Source: Desulfobacterales bacterium
GTDB lineage: Bacteria > Desulfobacterota > Desulfobacteria > Desulfobacterales > UBA5852
Reading direction: 5' to 3'
Length of the DNA stretch: 64,000 nt
NCBI GenBank assembly: GCA_963674755.2
Contig: CAXXVS010000003.1
Coordinates: forward strand, 2,496,001-2,560,000
Shown one piece after another: positions 41,010-50,049 of this stretch (position 1 is the first letter of the stretch; each line of letters opens with the position of its first letter). A program made the position numbers and the translations under genes. The notes beneath the pieces were generated by a model. It was given only the letters and a program-made list of their open reading frames with translations. It searched no databases and was not told the origin of the DNA.

Positions 41010-41353
41010 GCCGCCGGAGGCCGACGGCCATACCCGGAGCGGAGCGGTGTTGAAGGACGGTCTGCTCTCTGCTATATTGGCCGCCATACCTGCCGAGAAG
41101 TATTCGCAGATGATTCCGCAGGCAGAGCCAAGGCCCTGTTGTCGATATTCATGAAAAGCCTTTCAGCAACTCCGAAGGGACCGATACACGTTCCCTGAAG
41201 TGACCGCTGCTTTTGTTCGCAAGGGACGGTTACACTTGATCGACGCGGATTGAAGCAGGCCGGCACCGGACTGTAGGCAGGCCTTTGCCCCAGCGGTTAA
41301 GGCCGTACCAGAATCCAATTTCCCCCACAATATCAATCCAAGGAGGTTATTTA

Positions 41354-41893
41354 ATGGCAAAGGCAACGAAGGAGACACGCAGGAAAAAAGTCATCGAAGT
41401 ACTGAACAAGGCCCGGGCCATGGAGCTGGAAGCCATCTATCAGTACATGAACCAGCACTACAACCTGGACGACAAGGATTACGGGGAGCTGGCCGCCAAG
41501 ATCAAATTGATCGCGATCGATGAAATGCGCCATGCCGAGATGTTTGCCGAGCGCATCAAGGAGCTGGGCGGCGAACCGGTCACCGAGCATGGCGGCAAGA
41601 TCGTCAAAGGGCAGCCCGCAGATAAAATCTTCTCCTACGATACGGTCCTCGAAGATGACACCATCGACGCCTACAACCAGTTTCTGCTGGTCTGCCGCGA
41701 CAACGGGGACAGTGGCAGCGTTAAGATCTTCGAGCAGATCATCGACGAGGAGCAGATCCATTTCAACTATTTCGATGCCGTGAACAACCACATCGCAGAG
41801 TTGGGGCAAACCTACCTGGCCAAGATTGCCGGAACACCTTCTTCCACCGGCCTGGGTAACAGCGGGTTTGTGGTCAGCGCGGGGGGTGAATAA
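41354..41893 (+). CDS. bfr: Bacterioferritin
   Basis: ELEAIYQY, IDEMRHAEMFAERI, E..TIDAY and DEEQIH ferroxidase ligands. AGGAGG RBS. Confidence 0.9.
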   Translation: MAKATKETRRKKVIEVLNKARAMELEAIYQYMNQHYNLDDKDYGELAAKIKLIAIDEMRHAEMFAERIKELGGEPVTEHGGKIVKGQPADKIFSYDTVLEDDTIDAYNQFLLVCRDNGDSGSVKIFEQIIDEEQIHFNYFDAVNNHIAELGQTYLAKIAGTPSSTGLGNSGFVVSAGGE

Positions 41894-41937
41894 GGTTACG
41901 ATCGCCACCGGGTAAGGTTGCTGTGAGGACGAATTGT

Positions 41938-41985
41938 AAGAAAACCGGGTTCGGGGCGGATGCCTCTGATCCGGTTTTCTTTTTG
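41938..41985 (+). terminator. Rho-independent terminator after bfr
   Basis: AAGAAAACCGG...CCGGTTTTCTTTTT stem with a T-tract. Confidence 0.7.
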
Positions 41986-42191
41986 ACGCCTTGATGAAAT
42001 CGCCCTCGGATGCGGTCGTGCTGAATCACGGTAACGGTTTGTCGACCGGCCTTGCTTTTCTCCCTGCAATCCCCGCTCGCTTGCCGGTGGCAGGGGATGC
42101 GTGTATATTATTTTTTCAGGAAACGACCATCACCACTTGATCGTCTGCACCGCCCAACGGTGGTGCGGCATTGCCCGCGGGGAGAAACACG

Positions 42192-43220
42192 ATGCCTTCC
42201 GATACTGTCTCCTCCGGAACTCCGGCAAGAAAGCGCCCGTGTGTGGTCATTCTGGCCACGGGGGGCACGATTGCCGGAACCGGTACGTCGGCCACCCGGG
42301 CGGGGTACACCTCGGCACGGGTCTCCATCGATGCCATGCTGGCCGCCGTCCCCGAACTTACGGATCTCGCGGCGGTTCAGGGCGAGCAGATCGCCAATGT
42401 GGGCTCCCAGGACATGACGTTCGAGACCATGATCGCCCTGGCCAAGCGCATCAATGCACGGCTGCAGGAAGAAGCGGTGAGCGGGGTCGTGGTCACCCAC
42501 GGCACCGACACCATGGAGGAGACCGCCTTTTTTCTCAACCTGACTGTCAAAAGCCGAAAGCCCGTTGTCATGACGGGTGCCATGCGTCCGGCAACGGCCC
42601 TGAGCGCCGACGGCCCTTTGAATCTCTTCAACGCCGTGGCCGTGGCCGCCGACCCCCGGGCGGCCGGACGCGGCGTGCTGGTGGTGATGAACGACCGCAT
42701 CCACGGCGCCCACTCCTTGAGCAAGACCAACACCACTTCGGTGGAAACCTTCCTGTCGCCCATCAACGGTCTCGTGGGAACGGTGAATTACGGCCAATGC
42801 CAGTATTTCAGGGAACCCTCCCGGCGGCATACCGCGGACAGCGTGTTCTCGCTGGAAGGGGCCGGCGCCCTGCCCCGGGTGGATATTCTTTACGCCTGTG
42901 CCGACATGCCGGCTGATCTGGTGGACTGTTCCGTCGCCCGGGGCGCCCGGGGGATCGTCATCGCCGGGGACGGCAACGGCAACATGAACGCCGCCACCCT
43001 GGAACACGCCGCCCGGGCCGCGGCCCAGGGCATCGTGATCGTGCGCAGCTCCCGGGTGTCCACGGGCACGGTCAGCCGCAACGTCGAAATCGACGACGAC
43101 GGCCTGCAGTTCATTGTCTCCGACGAGCTCAACCCGGCCAAGGCCCGCATTCTGCTAATGCTGGCCCTGTTGGAAAAGCGATCCCTGAAAGAGCTGCAAC
43201 AGCTTTTCTACACTTACTGA
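42192..43220 (+). CDS. L-asparaginase/glutaminase (type II-like, no obvious signal peptide)
   Basis: ATGGTIAG, HGTDTMEE, TGAMRP..SADGP and LNPAKARILL. Confidence 0.92.
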   Translation: MPSDTVSSGTPARKRPCVVILATGGTIAGTGTSATRAGYTSARVSIDAMLAAVPELTDLAAVQGEQIANVGSQDMTFETMIALAKRINARLQEEAVSGVVVTHGTDTMEETAFFLNLTVKSRKPVVMTGAMRPATALSADGPLNLFNAVAVAADPRAAGRGVLVVMNDRIHGAHSLSKTNTTSVETFLSPINGLVGTVNYGQCQYFREPSRRHTADSVFSLEGAGALPRVDILYACADMPADLVDCSVARGARGIVIAGDGNGNMNAATLEHAARAAAQGIVIVRSSRVSTGTVSRNVEIDDDGLQFIVSDELNPAKARILLMLALLEKRSLKELQQLFYTY

Positions 43221-43471
43221 TCCCTGCCGGATGGCCGAACAGTTCCCGATGATTTCTCTTGACGGAAATGGGCAATTTGATTAGTTCGTATGCTAACAAA
43301 TAGCCGTGTTTCCTGGTGGGAGGCATTTGTCACCCTCCTCCATATACGGTGCACCGGTGCTTGGCGTACCATGCCGACAGCGCGGAGGGCCGGTAGCGGA
43401 TGACCATGCCTGACCTGACGGCGCGCTCAGGTGCCTTACGAAACCGCGATTGCATTGAAAGGGATTTTTTT

Positions 43472-44551
43472 ATGACGGAGACGATTTTTCGCCGGTTGCA
43501 GGAGCGGCTTGATACCTATTCCATGGGCTTTCCAGCCACGGCTTCCGGCATCGAAATCAAGATTTTGCGCCACCTGTTTTCCGAAACGGATGCCGGTATG
43601 TTTTTAGCCATGAGCCACGTCCTGGAAACGCCGGCGTCCGTGGCCGCCCGTCTGGGGCAACCTGTCGATGTCGTGGCGGCCCAGTTGGATGCCATGGCCG
43701 AACGGGGGCTGCTGTTTCGTCTCCGTAAGGAAACCGGTGCCCGTTACGGCGCCATTCCCTTCGTGCACGGGCTGTTCGAGTTTCAGGTGAAGCACCTCGA
43801 CCGGGAATTGGCCCTGATGATGGAGCCGTATGCCGAGGAAGGCTTCGACAAGGCCATGCAGGGGGGCGCCGACTATTTTCTGCGGCCGATACCCGTTCAT
43901 CAGTCCATCGATGCCCGCCACCATGTGGCCGCCTATGACGATGCCGTGGCCATCCTGCAAAGCAAGCCGCGCATCGTGGTGACCGAGTGCATCTGCCGCA
44001 AGCGCATGGACGTGGTCGACCAGAGCTGTGGCAAACCCCTGGAGGCCTGTTTCATGTTCGGCTCCATGGGGCAGTATTACCTCGACCGCGGGATAGGCCG
44101 TGAGGTCTCCCTGGACGAGGCTCTGGCGATCATGGACCAGTGCCGGGAAGCCGGGCTGGTGACCCAGCCGGCCACCGCCCAGAATCCTGCGGGCATGTGC
44201 AATTGCTGCGGCGACTGCTGCGGCGTGCTGGCGGCCTTGAACAAGCACCCCAAACCGGCGGAGTTGGTCATCGCCAACCATCTGGCGCATGTGGTGCCGG
44301 ATGACTGCACCGGCTGCGAGACCTGCCTGGAACGCTGCCAGATGGGCGCTTTGCAGATGACCGAAGAGGAGACGGCCCGGGTAAACCCGGACCGCTGCAT
44401 CGGTTGCGGACTGTGCGTGGTCAGTTGTCCTGCGGAGGCCATCGAACTGGTCGCCAAACCTGAAGAGGAGCGCCGCGTCCCGCCCACCAGCATGGCCGAG
44501 CAGATGGTGCTGCTGGCCCAGAAGCGCGGCCTCGTCTCCGTTCAGAAATAG
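43472..44551 (+). CDS. 4Fe-4S binding protein with an N-terminal winged-helix-like region
   Basis: CICR, CNCCGDCC, CTGCETCLERC and CIGCGLCVVSCP. Confidence 0.88.
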   Translation: MTETIFRRLQERLDTYSMGFPATASGIEIKILRHLFSETDAGMFLAMSHVLETPASVAARLGQPVDVVAAQLDAMAERGLLFRLRKETGARYGAIPFVHGLFEFQVKHLDRELALMMEPYAEEGFDKAMQGGADYFLRPIPVHQSIDARHHVAAYDDAVAILQSKPRIVVTECICRKRMDVVDQSCGKPLEACFMFGSMGQYYLDRGIGREVSLDEALAIMDQCREAGLVTQPATAQNPAGMCNCCGDCCGVLAALNKHPKPAELVIANHLAHVVPDDCTGCETCLERCQMGALQMTEEETARVNPDRCIGCGLCVVSCPAEAIELVAKPEEERRVPPTSMAEQMVLLAQKRGLVSVQK

Positions 44552-44656
44552 TCTTTTGTGTCCTGACCGGCGTTCTCCGCAGGTTTAGCGGCTGCGGCGT
44601 ACCTGGGTACGCCTCACCGCAAACCTTTGTGCGGCCTTGGTCAGAACCCAAAATCC
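44552..44656. repeat. Intergenic palindromic repeat family A, copy 2
   Basis: Near-identical to 4985-5087. Starts right at the preceding stop codon. Confidence 0.85.
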
Positions 44657-44807
44657 TTATTGCTGAATCGGAGACGTCTGTTGTTTTTCCAATTCCTGCA
44701 ATGTTAAACTGCGGCGATTTACGCGAGTTGCACGTTAATGCTGCGAGGCATTGAGCGCATTGCGCAGCCGTACGTCAATCCATAACCATTCATGCGGGGG
44801 AGGGGCG

Positions 44808-45785
44808 ATGCTCAAGACACGGATTACGGAGTTTTTCGGAGTCGAGCGGCCCATCGTACAGGGCGGGCTCATGTGGATCGCCCGGGCGGAACTGGCGGCG
44901 GCCGTGGCCAATGCCGGCGGGATCGGCTTCATGACGGCCCTGACCCATCCGGAACCGGAAGGTCTGCGGGCGGAAATCCGCAAGTGCCGGGAGTTGACCG
45001 ATAAGCCCTTCGGCGTCAACCTGACTTTCTTGCCCACCTTGCGGCCGCCGGACTACCCGGCCTATATCCGGGTCTGCATCGAAGAGGGGGTGCGCTTCAT
45101 CGAAACCGCCGGGCGCAACCCGGAGCCCTACATGGAGACCATCAAAGGGGCCGGCATCCGTGTGATCCATAAGTGCACCTCGGTGCGCCATGCGGTCAAG
45201 GCCGAGAAGATCGGCTGCGACGCCGTCAGCATCGACGGCTTCGAGGCCGCCGGCCATCCGGGGGAAGACGACGTCACTTCCCTGATCCTGGTGCCCCTGA
45301 CCCGGGATGCCATCACCCTGCCCATTATCGCTTCGGGCGGGTTTGCCGACGGGCGGGGGCTGGTGGCCGCCCTCGGACTGGGGGCGGACGGCATGAACAT
45401 GGGCACCCGCTTCGTGGCCACCCGGGAGGCGCCGGTGCACGACAATGTCAAACAGGCCCTGGTGGGGCACACGGAGCGCGACACGCGGCTCATCATGCGC
45501 TCCCTGCGCAACACCGAGCGTGTCATGCATAACACCGCTGTGGACAAGGTCCTTGACATTGAATCCCGGGGCAACACCCGGATCGAAGATATCATTCCCT
45601 TCGTCTCCGGCCTGGTGGGCAAGGAGTTGCTGGAAAAGGGCGACCTGGCAAAAGGTACCCTGGCCGCGGGCCAATGCATGGGCCTGATCCGGAACATCCC
45701 CACCTGCAAGGAACTGCTGGACCGCATCATGGCCGAAGCCGAGGGCGTCATCCGCGACAGGTTTTCCGGTGTCTTGCGGCCATGA
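44808..45785 (+). CDS. Nitronate monooxygenase/FabK-like flavin oxidoreductase
   Basis: PIVQGG, AVANAGGIG, DGFEAAGH, IASGGFADGRG and MGTRF. Confidence 0.9.
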   Translation: MLKTRITEFFGVERPIVQGGLMWIARAELAAAVANAGGIGFMTALTHPEPEGLRAEIRKCRELTDKPFGVNLTFLPTLRPPDYPAYIRVCIEEGVRFIETAGRNPEPYMETIKGAGIRVIHKCTSVRHAVKAEKIGCDAVSIDGFEAAGHPGEDDVTSLILVPLTRDAITLPIIASGGFADGRGLVAALGLGADGMNMGTRFVATREAPVHDNVKQALVGHTERDTRLIMRSLRNTERVMHNTAVDKVLDIESRGNTRIEDIIPFVSGLVGKELLEKGDLAKGTLAAGQCMGLIRNIPTCKELLDRIMAEAEGVIRDRFSGVLRP

Positions 45786-46060
45786 TGAACCGGAACGTCG
45801 CGAATCCCCCCCCCCCGCACGCCTTCAAGCCACCGCGCCCCTTGCGGCGGCCTGGCAAGCCCCCCTTCCTCTCCAAAACATGCTTGATCCGCACCGCATT
45901 GCCCTGAATGACAAAGCGTTTTAGCCACCTGGCCAATGGCCGTGAAGCGCGGGCGGTTGCCGGGACGCCCTCCACAGCATCACTTCGGGCGGCGGTGGCG
46001 CCATCGACAGGGCCGGGGGGATTTCATTCGCGCGAATTCAGGCGTTCCCGAAAAAATCGC

Positions 46061-46087
46061 TAATCGAAATCGAAATGACGCCGATAT
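46061..46087 (+). promoter_or_regulatory. sigma28 (FliA)-type promoter for mcp-cheW
   Basis: TAAT-N15-GCCGATAT. Confidence 0.65.
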
Positions 46088-46254
46088 GCTTTTGGGCGGC
46101 TTAATAACGGGTGGCCGTTTCATGCAAGCGGGGCAACGTCCAATTCGGGGGCGGGCATTGGAATCGTTATCTGAAACGGGTGTGAAGGACTGTGGTTTCG
46201 AATGCGTCCCCGCGGAGGCCATCCCAAAGCAAATTCCGACAATGTGTTAGGAAC

Positions 46255-47880
46255 ATGAATATGAAATGGTTCAGAGATGCAAAAGTGGGCATCAAACTGG
46301 TGCTCGGATTCGCGGTCATGATCGTCATGATGGGCCTCATCGGGTTTTCCGGCTATCGGGGCGTCAGCAAGATCCAGAAGTCGCTGGATGCCATATTTGC
46401 CGTGGCCATGCCGAGCATCGACTACCTGATCGAGGCGGACCGTGACCTCCAACAACTGCTGGTGGCGGAGCGCTCGATGATGTTTGCCGAGGCCGGTTCC
46501 GATGCCTTCAAACAATTCGCCGACGACTACGAAACGAACATGAAGCAGGCGGAAACGCGCTTTGACAAATACAAGGCCCTGGCCACTTCGGCGAAAGAAA
46601 AGGCCCTGATTCCGGAATACGAGAAAGCCCGGGCCGAATGGAAAGCGCTCACGCGCCGGGTCGTCGAGGCCCGCAAGACCGATACCCTGCAAGGGCGGCA
46701 AGAAGCCCTCAATCTCTCATTGGGCGAAGCGGCTGTAAAGTTCGAGGCCATGCGGGATTACATCGATCAATTGACCGGAATCAAGCTTGATCATGCTGAT
46801 GCGGAGCGGCAAAATTCGGCCGCCGCCTACCGCGGGACACTGATTTCCCAAAGTGTTCTGGTGGGTATAGGTCTTCTGGTCGGCATCTTCCTCACATGGG
46901 CCATCAGCCGCTCGGTAACCCAGCCGCTGCGGCGCGTGATCGAACACCTGAAGGCGTCTTCGAATCAGGTGGCCTCCGCCTCGGAACAACTCTCCGCTTC
47001 CAGCCAGAGTCTGGCGGAAGGATCGACGGAACAGGCCGCCGGCATCGAGGAAACCTCGTCCTCCTTGGAGGAAATGGCGTCCATGGCCAAGCAGAATTCG
47101 GACAATGCCGGGCAAGCCGATTCTTTGATGAAAGAGACCAACGGGGTCGTCAAACAGTCCAGCGCGGACATGGCGGAGCTGACCGGATCCATGGATGAAA
47201 TTTCCAAAGCCAGCGAGGAGACCCAGAAGATCGTCAAAACCATCGACGAAATCGCCTTCCAGACCAATCTGCTGGCCTTGAACGCGGCTGTCGAGGCGGC
47301 CCGTGCGGGTGAGGCCGGTGCCGGGTTCGCCGTGGTGGCCGACGAGGTGCGCAATCTGGCGATCCGGGCGGCCGAGGCCGCCAGGAACACCTCGGACCTC
47401 ATCGAGGGGACCTCCCAGAAAATCCAGAGTGGCGCTTCCCTGGTGGGGAGGACCAACACAGGCTTCCAGGCGATTTCCGAATCGGCATCCAAGGTGGGTG
47501 ACCTGGTGGCTGAAATTGCGGCGGCATCCAATGAACAGGCCCAGGGTGTGGACCAGATCAACAATGCCGTCGTCGAGATGGACAAGGTGGTCCAGAACAA
47601 CGCTGCCTCGGCGGAGGAGTCGGCGTCTTCCTCCCAGGAAATGATTGTCCAGGCCGAGCAGATGAAGGGCATGGTGGCGGAGCTGGTAGGCCTGGTCGAG
47701 GGACGCCGGAATACGCCGGCCGCGGCCACGCGAGGCGCCTCACAAACCCGTTCGGGGTTTGTCTCAAAGGCAGGCACGGGTGCCGCATCCCCCCGCAAGG
47801 CAACCGTCTCCTCCCCGTCTTCACGGACGCCGGAGCAGATGATTCCTTTGGATGACGCGGAAGCGTTCAGCGAATTTTAA
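46255..47880 (+). CDS. Methyl-accepting chemotaxis protein (four-helix-bundle sensor)
   Basis: [10 protein letters not shown] before TM1, helical periplasmic domain and conserved signalling tip. Confidence 0.93.
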   Translation: MNMKWFRDAKVGIKLVLGFAVMIVMMGLIGFSGYRGVSKIQKSLDAIFAVAMPSIDYLIEADRDLQQLLVAERSMMFAEAGSDAFKQFADDYETNMKQAETRFDKYKALATSAKEKALIPEYEKARAEWKALTRRVVEARKTDTLQGRQEALNLSLGEAAVKFEAMRDYIDQLTGIKLDHADAERQNSAAAYRGTLISQSVLVGIGLLVGIFLTWAISRSVTQPLRRVIEHLKASSNQVASASEQLSASSQSLAEGSTEQAAGIEETSSSLEEMASMAKQNSDNAGQADSLMKETNGVVKQSSADMAELTGSMDEISKASEETQKIVKTIDEIAFQTNLLALNAAVEAARAGEAGAGFAVVADEVRNLAIRAAEAARNTSDLIEGTSQKIQSGASLVGRTNTGFQAISESASKVGDLVAEIAAASNEQAQGVDQINNAVVEMDKVVQNNAASAEESASSSQEMIVQAEQMKGMVAELVGLVEGRRNTPAAATRGASQTRSGFVSKAGTGAASPRKATVSSPSSRTPEQMIPLDDAEAFSEF

Positions 47881-47970
47881 ATGACCCTCGCACCCGGACC
47901 GGTGAACCGCAGCACCTGATTTTGCTTGCGGTCCACCGGTGGTTTTCATTTTTTTGAAAGGAATGGCAAA

Positions 47971-48444
47971 ATGGATACAACCAAGGCAGGCAAATATCTG
48001 ACGTTCAAATTGGCCGATGAGGATTACGGCCTATCCCTCCTTAAAGTTCGCGAAATCATTGGCATGATGCCCATCACCAGCGTGCCCCGCACCCCCGATT
48101 TCGTCAAAGGGGTGATCAATCTGCGGGGCAAGGTCATTCCGGTTACGGATCTGAGGCGGCGTTTCGACATGCCGGAGATCGGCTACACGGACCGCACCTG
48201 CATCATCGTGGTGGAGATCCAGACGGCGGAGAGCACCCTTCAGATGGGCATCGTGGTGGATGCCGTCACCGAGGTGCTCCCCGTGCGCGAGGAGGAAATC
48301 GAACCGGCGCCCGAGTTCGGCGCCAGCGTGGACACCCGCTACATCCTGGGGATGGCCAATATGGAAGGCGCCGTCAAAATCCTGCTGGACATCGACCGGG
48401 TGCTCACCACAGAAGAAATTGCGGAAATCGAGAAGGCTGCCTGA
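47971..48444 (+). CDS. cheW: Chemotaxis coupling protein CheW
   Basis: KYLTFKL, VREII, VPRTPDFVKGVINLRGKVIPV and GIVVDAV. Confidence 0.95.
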   Translation: MDTTKAGKYLTFKLADEDYGLSLLKVREIIGMMPITSVPRTPDFVKGVINLRGKVIPVTDLRRRFDMPEIGYTDRTCIIVVEIQTAESTLQMGIVVDAVTEVLPVREEEIEPAPEFGASVDTRYILGMANMEGAVKILLDIDRVLTTEEIAEIEKAA

Positions 48445-48615
48445 CATGATCGACGAAGGATGCTCAAGCCAATATTCGGTATGGCGGTAAGCAACTCGCC
48501 GTCCAACCCCAAATGATAGCGGCCGACGCCAGATTGGCGTCGGCCGTTGTGTTGCGCGAGCCGGGATTTCACTATTTTCCCGCGCTTTCGAGAACGGATC
48601 GACGATGATGCCGAC

Positions 48616-50034
48616 CTATAATGCGTACAAATAATCGAAAAAGCCGTACATGATTTCGGTCATCTGACGGTTGCCATCCACCGTGCCGGCCATGCCATAC
48701 AGCGCGGTGGTTTCCGCAGTGGTGCCGGCTTTGTCCCGGGCGTAGGCCACCCCCTCCCGCAAGTCCGCCAGGAATTGTCCGGCCACCCCGGGGGTGAAGG
48801 TCTGGGGCATGGTGACACAGAAGTGCAGGGCCGGCGGAAGCTGCAGCACGTTGAAGCGCCAGCCCCGGGTCTTCATGAAGTCGTTGACGTGATAGATATC
48901 CACTTCATCGGAACGGAAGCTGATCACGAAAGTGGGGTCGCCGATGAGGGTCAGCTCGGGCATGGCCGCGATGCCCTGCTTGATGTCGTCGGCCACGGCC
49001 ATGATGCCCCGCACCGCCTCCAGATAGCCCTCTTCGCCCAGGTAGACCATCGAGGCCCAGGTGGCCGCGGTCAGTCCGCCGGAGCGGCTGCCCGAGGCGG
49101 TGGGGGAGGCATACATGCCGCCGGGCCAGTCCGGGACGCCGAAGTACTGGTGGCGGCGGAAGATATTCTTACGGTAGAGGACCACCGAGGTGCCCTTGAG
49201 GGCAAAGCCGTACTTGTGGGTGTCGGCCGACATTGAGGTGACCCCCGGCAGCCGGAAATCGAAGGGCGGGATCGGGTATCCCAGCTTTTCGATCCAGGGC
49301 AGGATAAAGCCCCCCAGGCAGCCGTCCACGTGCATGCCGATCCCGCGGTCCAGGGCCAGGTCGGAAAGATCTTCCAGGGGATCGATCAGGCCGTAGGGAT
49401 AATTGCCGGCGCTGCCCACGATGGCGATGGTGTTGGGGGTGATGCGGGCGGCCACGGCGGCGGGGTCCACCCGGAAATCGGGTTCGGCCACCGGGACGTG
49501 GACCATCTCGATCCCGAAGTACTGGCCGGCCTTGTCGAAGGCCGGGTGGGCCGTGTGGGGCATGATGATTTCCGGGGCGGTGATGCCTTTCTCCGCCCGG
49601 GCCCAGTCCCGGTAGGCTTTCATGGCCATGATGATACTTTCGGTGCCCCCCGAGGTGAGGGTCCCGCAGACCTGGTCTTCCGGGTTGGCCGCCGCCGCGG
49701 CATCGCCGTTAAGCATGCGGGCCGTCATGGCGATGATTTCGCTCTCCAGCTTGAACATGCTCGGGCAGAGGTCGAACTGGATGGTGTTCTCATGGGAGAA
49801 CAAGGCGAAGACCTTGTTCAAAAAAGCCCGGTGCGCTTCACCCCCATGGTAGAAGGTACCCGAGATACGGCCGCCCTGCCAGCGGGCGTTTTCTTCCCGG
49901 GCCATGACGGACAATTCCTGGAAGATGTCATCTTTGGCGCGCCCTTGGTCGGGAATGCGGTCGTGGGTTGCAAAGCGTCCCTTGTAGGGTTTCAAGGGGT
50001 CGGCAGGCTGTGTGGCCTCGTTGGAATCCGTCAT
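48616..50034 (-). CDS. Sphingosine-1-phosphate lyase-like PLP enzyme (group II decarboxylase fold)
   Basis: SGTFYHG, TSGGTESI, AHPAFDKA, GSAGNYPYG, HVDGCLGG, ADTHKYG (PLP Lys) and GSRSG. Confidence 0.88.
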   Translation of the reverse strand: MTDSNEATQPADPLKPYKGRFATHDRIPDQGRAKDDIFQELSVMAREENARWQGGRISGTFYHGGEAHRAFLNKVFALFSHENTIQFDLCPSMFKLESEIIAMTARMLNGDAAAAANPEDQVCGTLTSGGTESIIMAMKAYRDWARAEKGITAPEIIMPHTAHPAFDKAGQYFGIEMVHVPVAEPDFRVDPAAVAARITPNTIAIVGSAGNYPYGLIDPLEDLSDLALDRGIGMHVDGCLGGFILPWIEKLGYPIPPFDFRLPGVTSMSADTHKYGFALKGTSVVLYRKNIFRRHQYFGVPDWPGGMYASPTASGSRSGGLTAATWASMVYLGEEGYLEAVRGIMAVADDIKQGIAAMPELTLIGDPTFVISFRSDEVDIYHVNDFMKTRGWRFNVLQLPPALHFCVTMPQTFTPGVAGQFLADLREGVAYARDKAGTTAETTALYGMAGTVDGNRQMTEIMYGFFDYLYAL

Positions 50035-50049
50035 GGGGTATCCTTCCTT

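Noticed and set aside
41010..41300. Possible 6S RNA or known riboswitch
   Set aside because: I could not find the long closing stem and central bubble of 6S RNA or any riboswitch consensus. Kept only as a low-interest unknown.
45806..45816. C11 homopolymer
   Set aside because: It is intergenic, just after a stop codon and far from the next promoter, so there is no evident phase-variation target.
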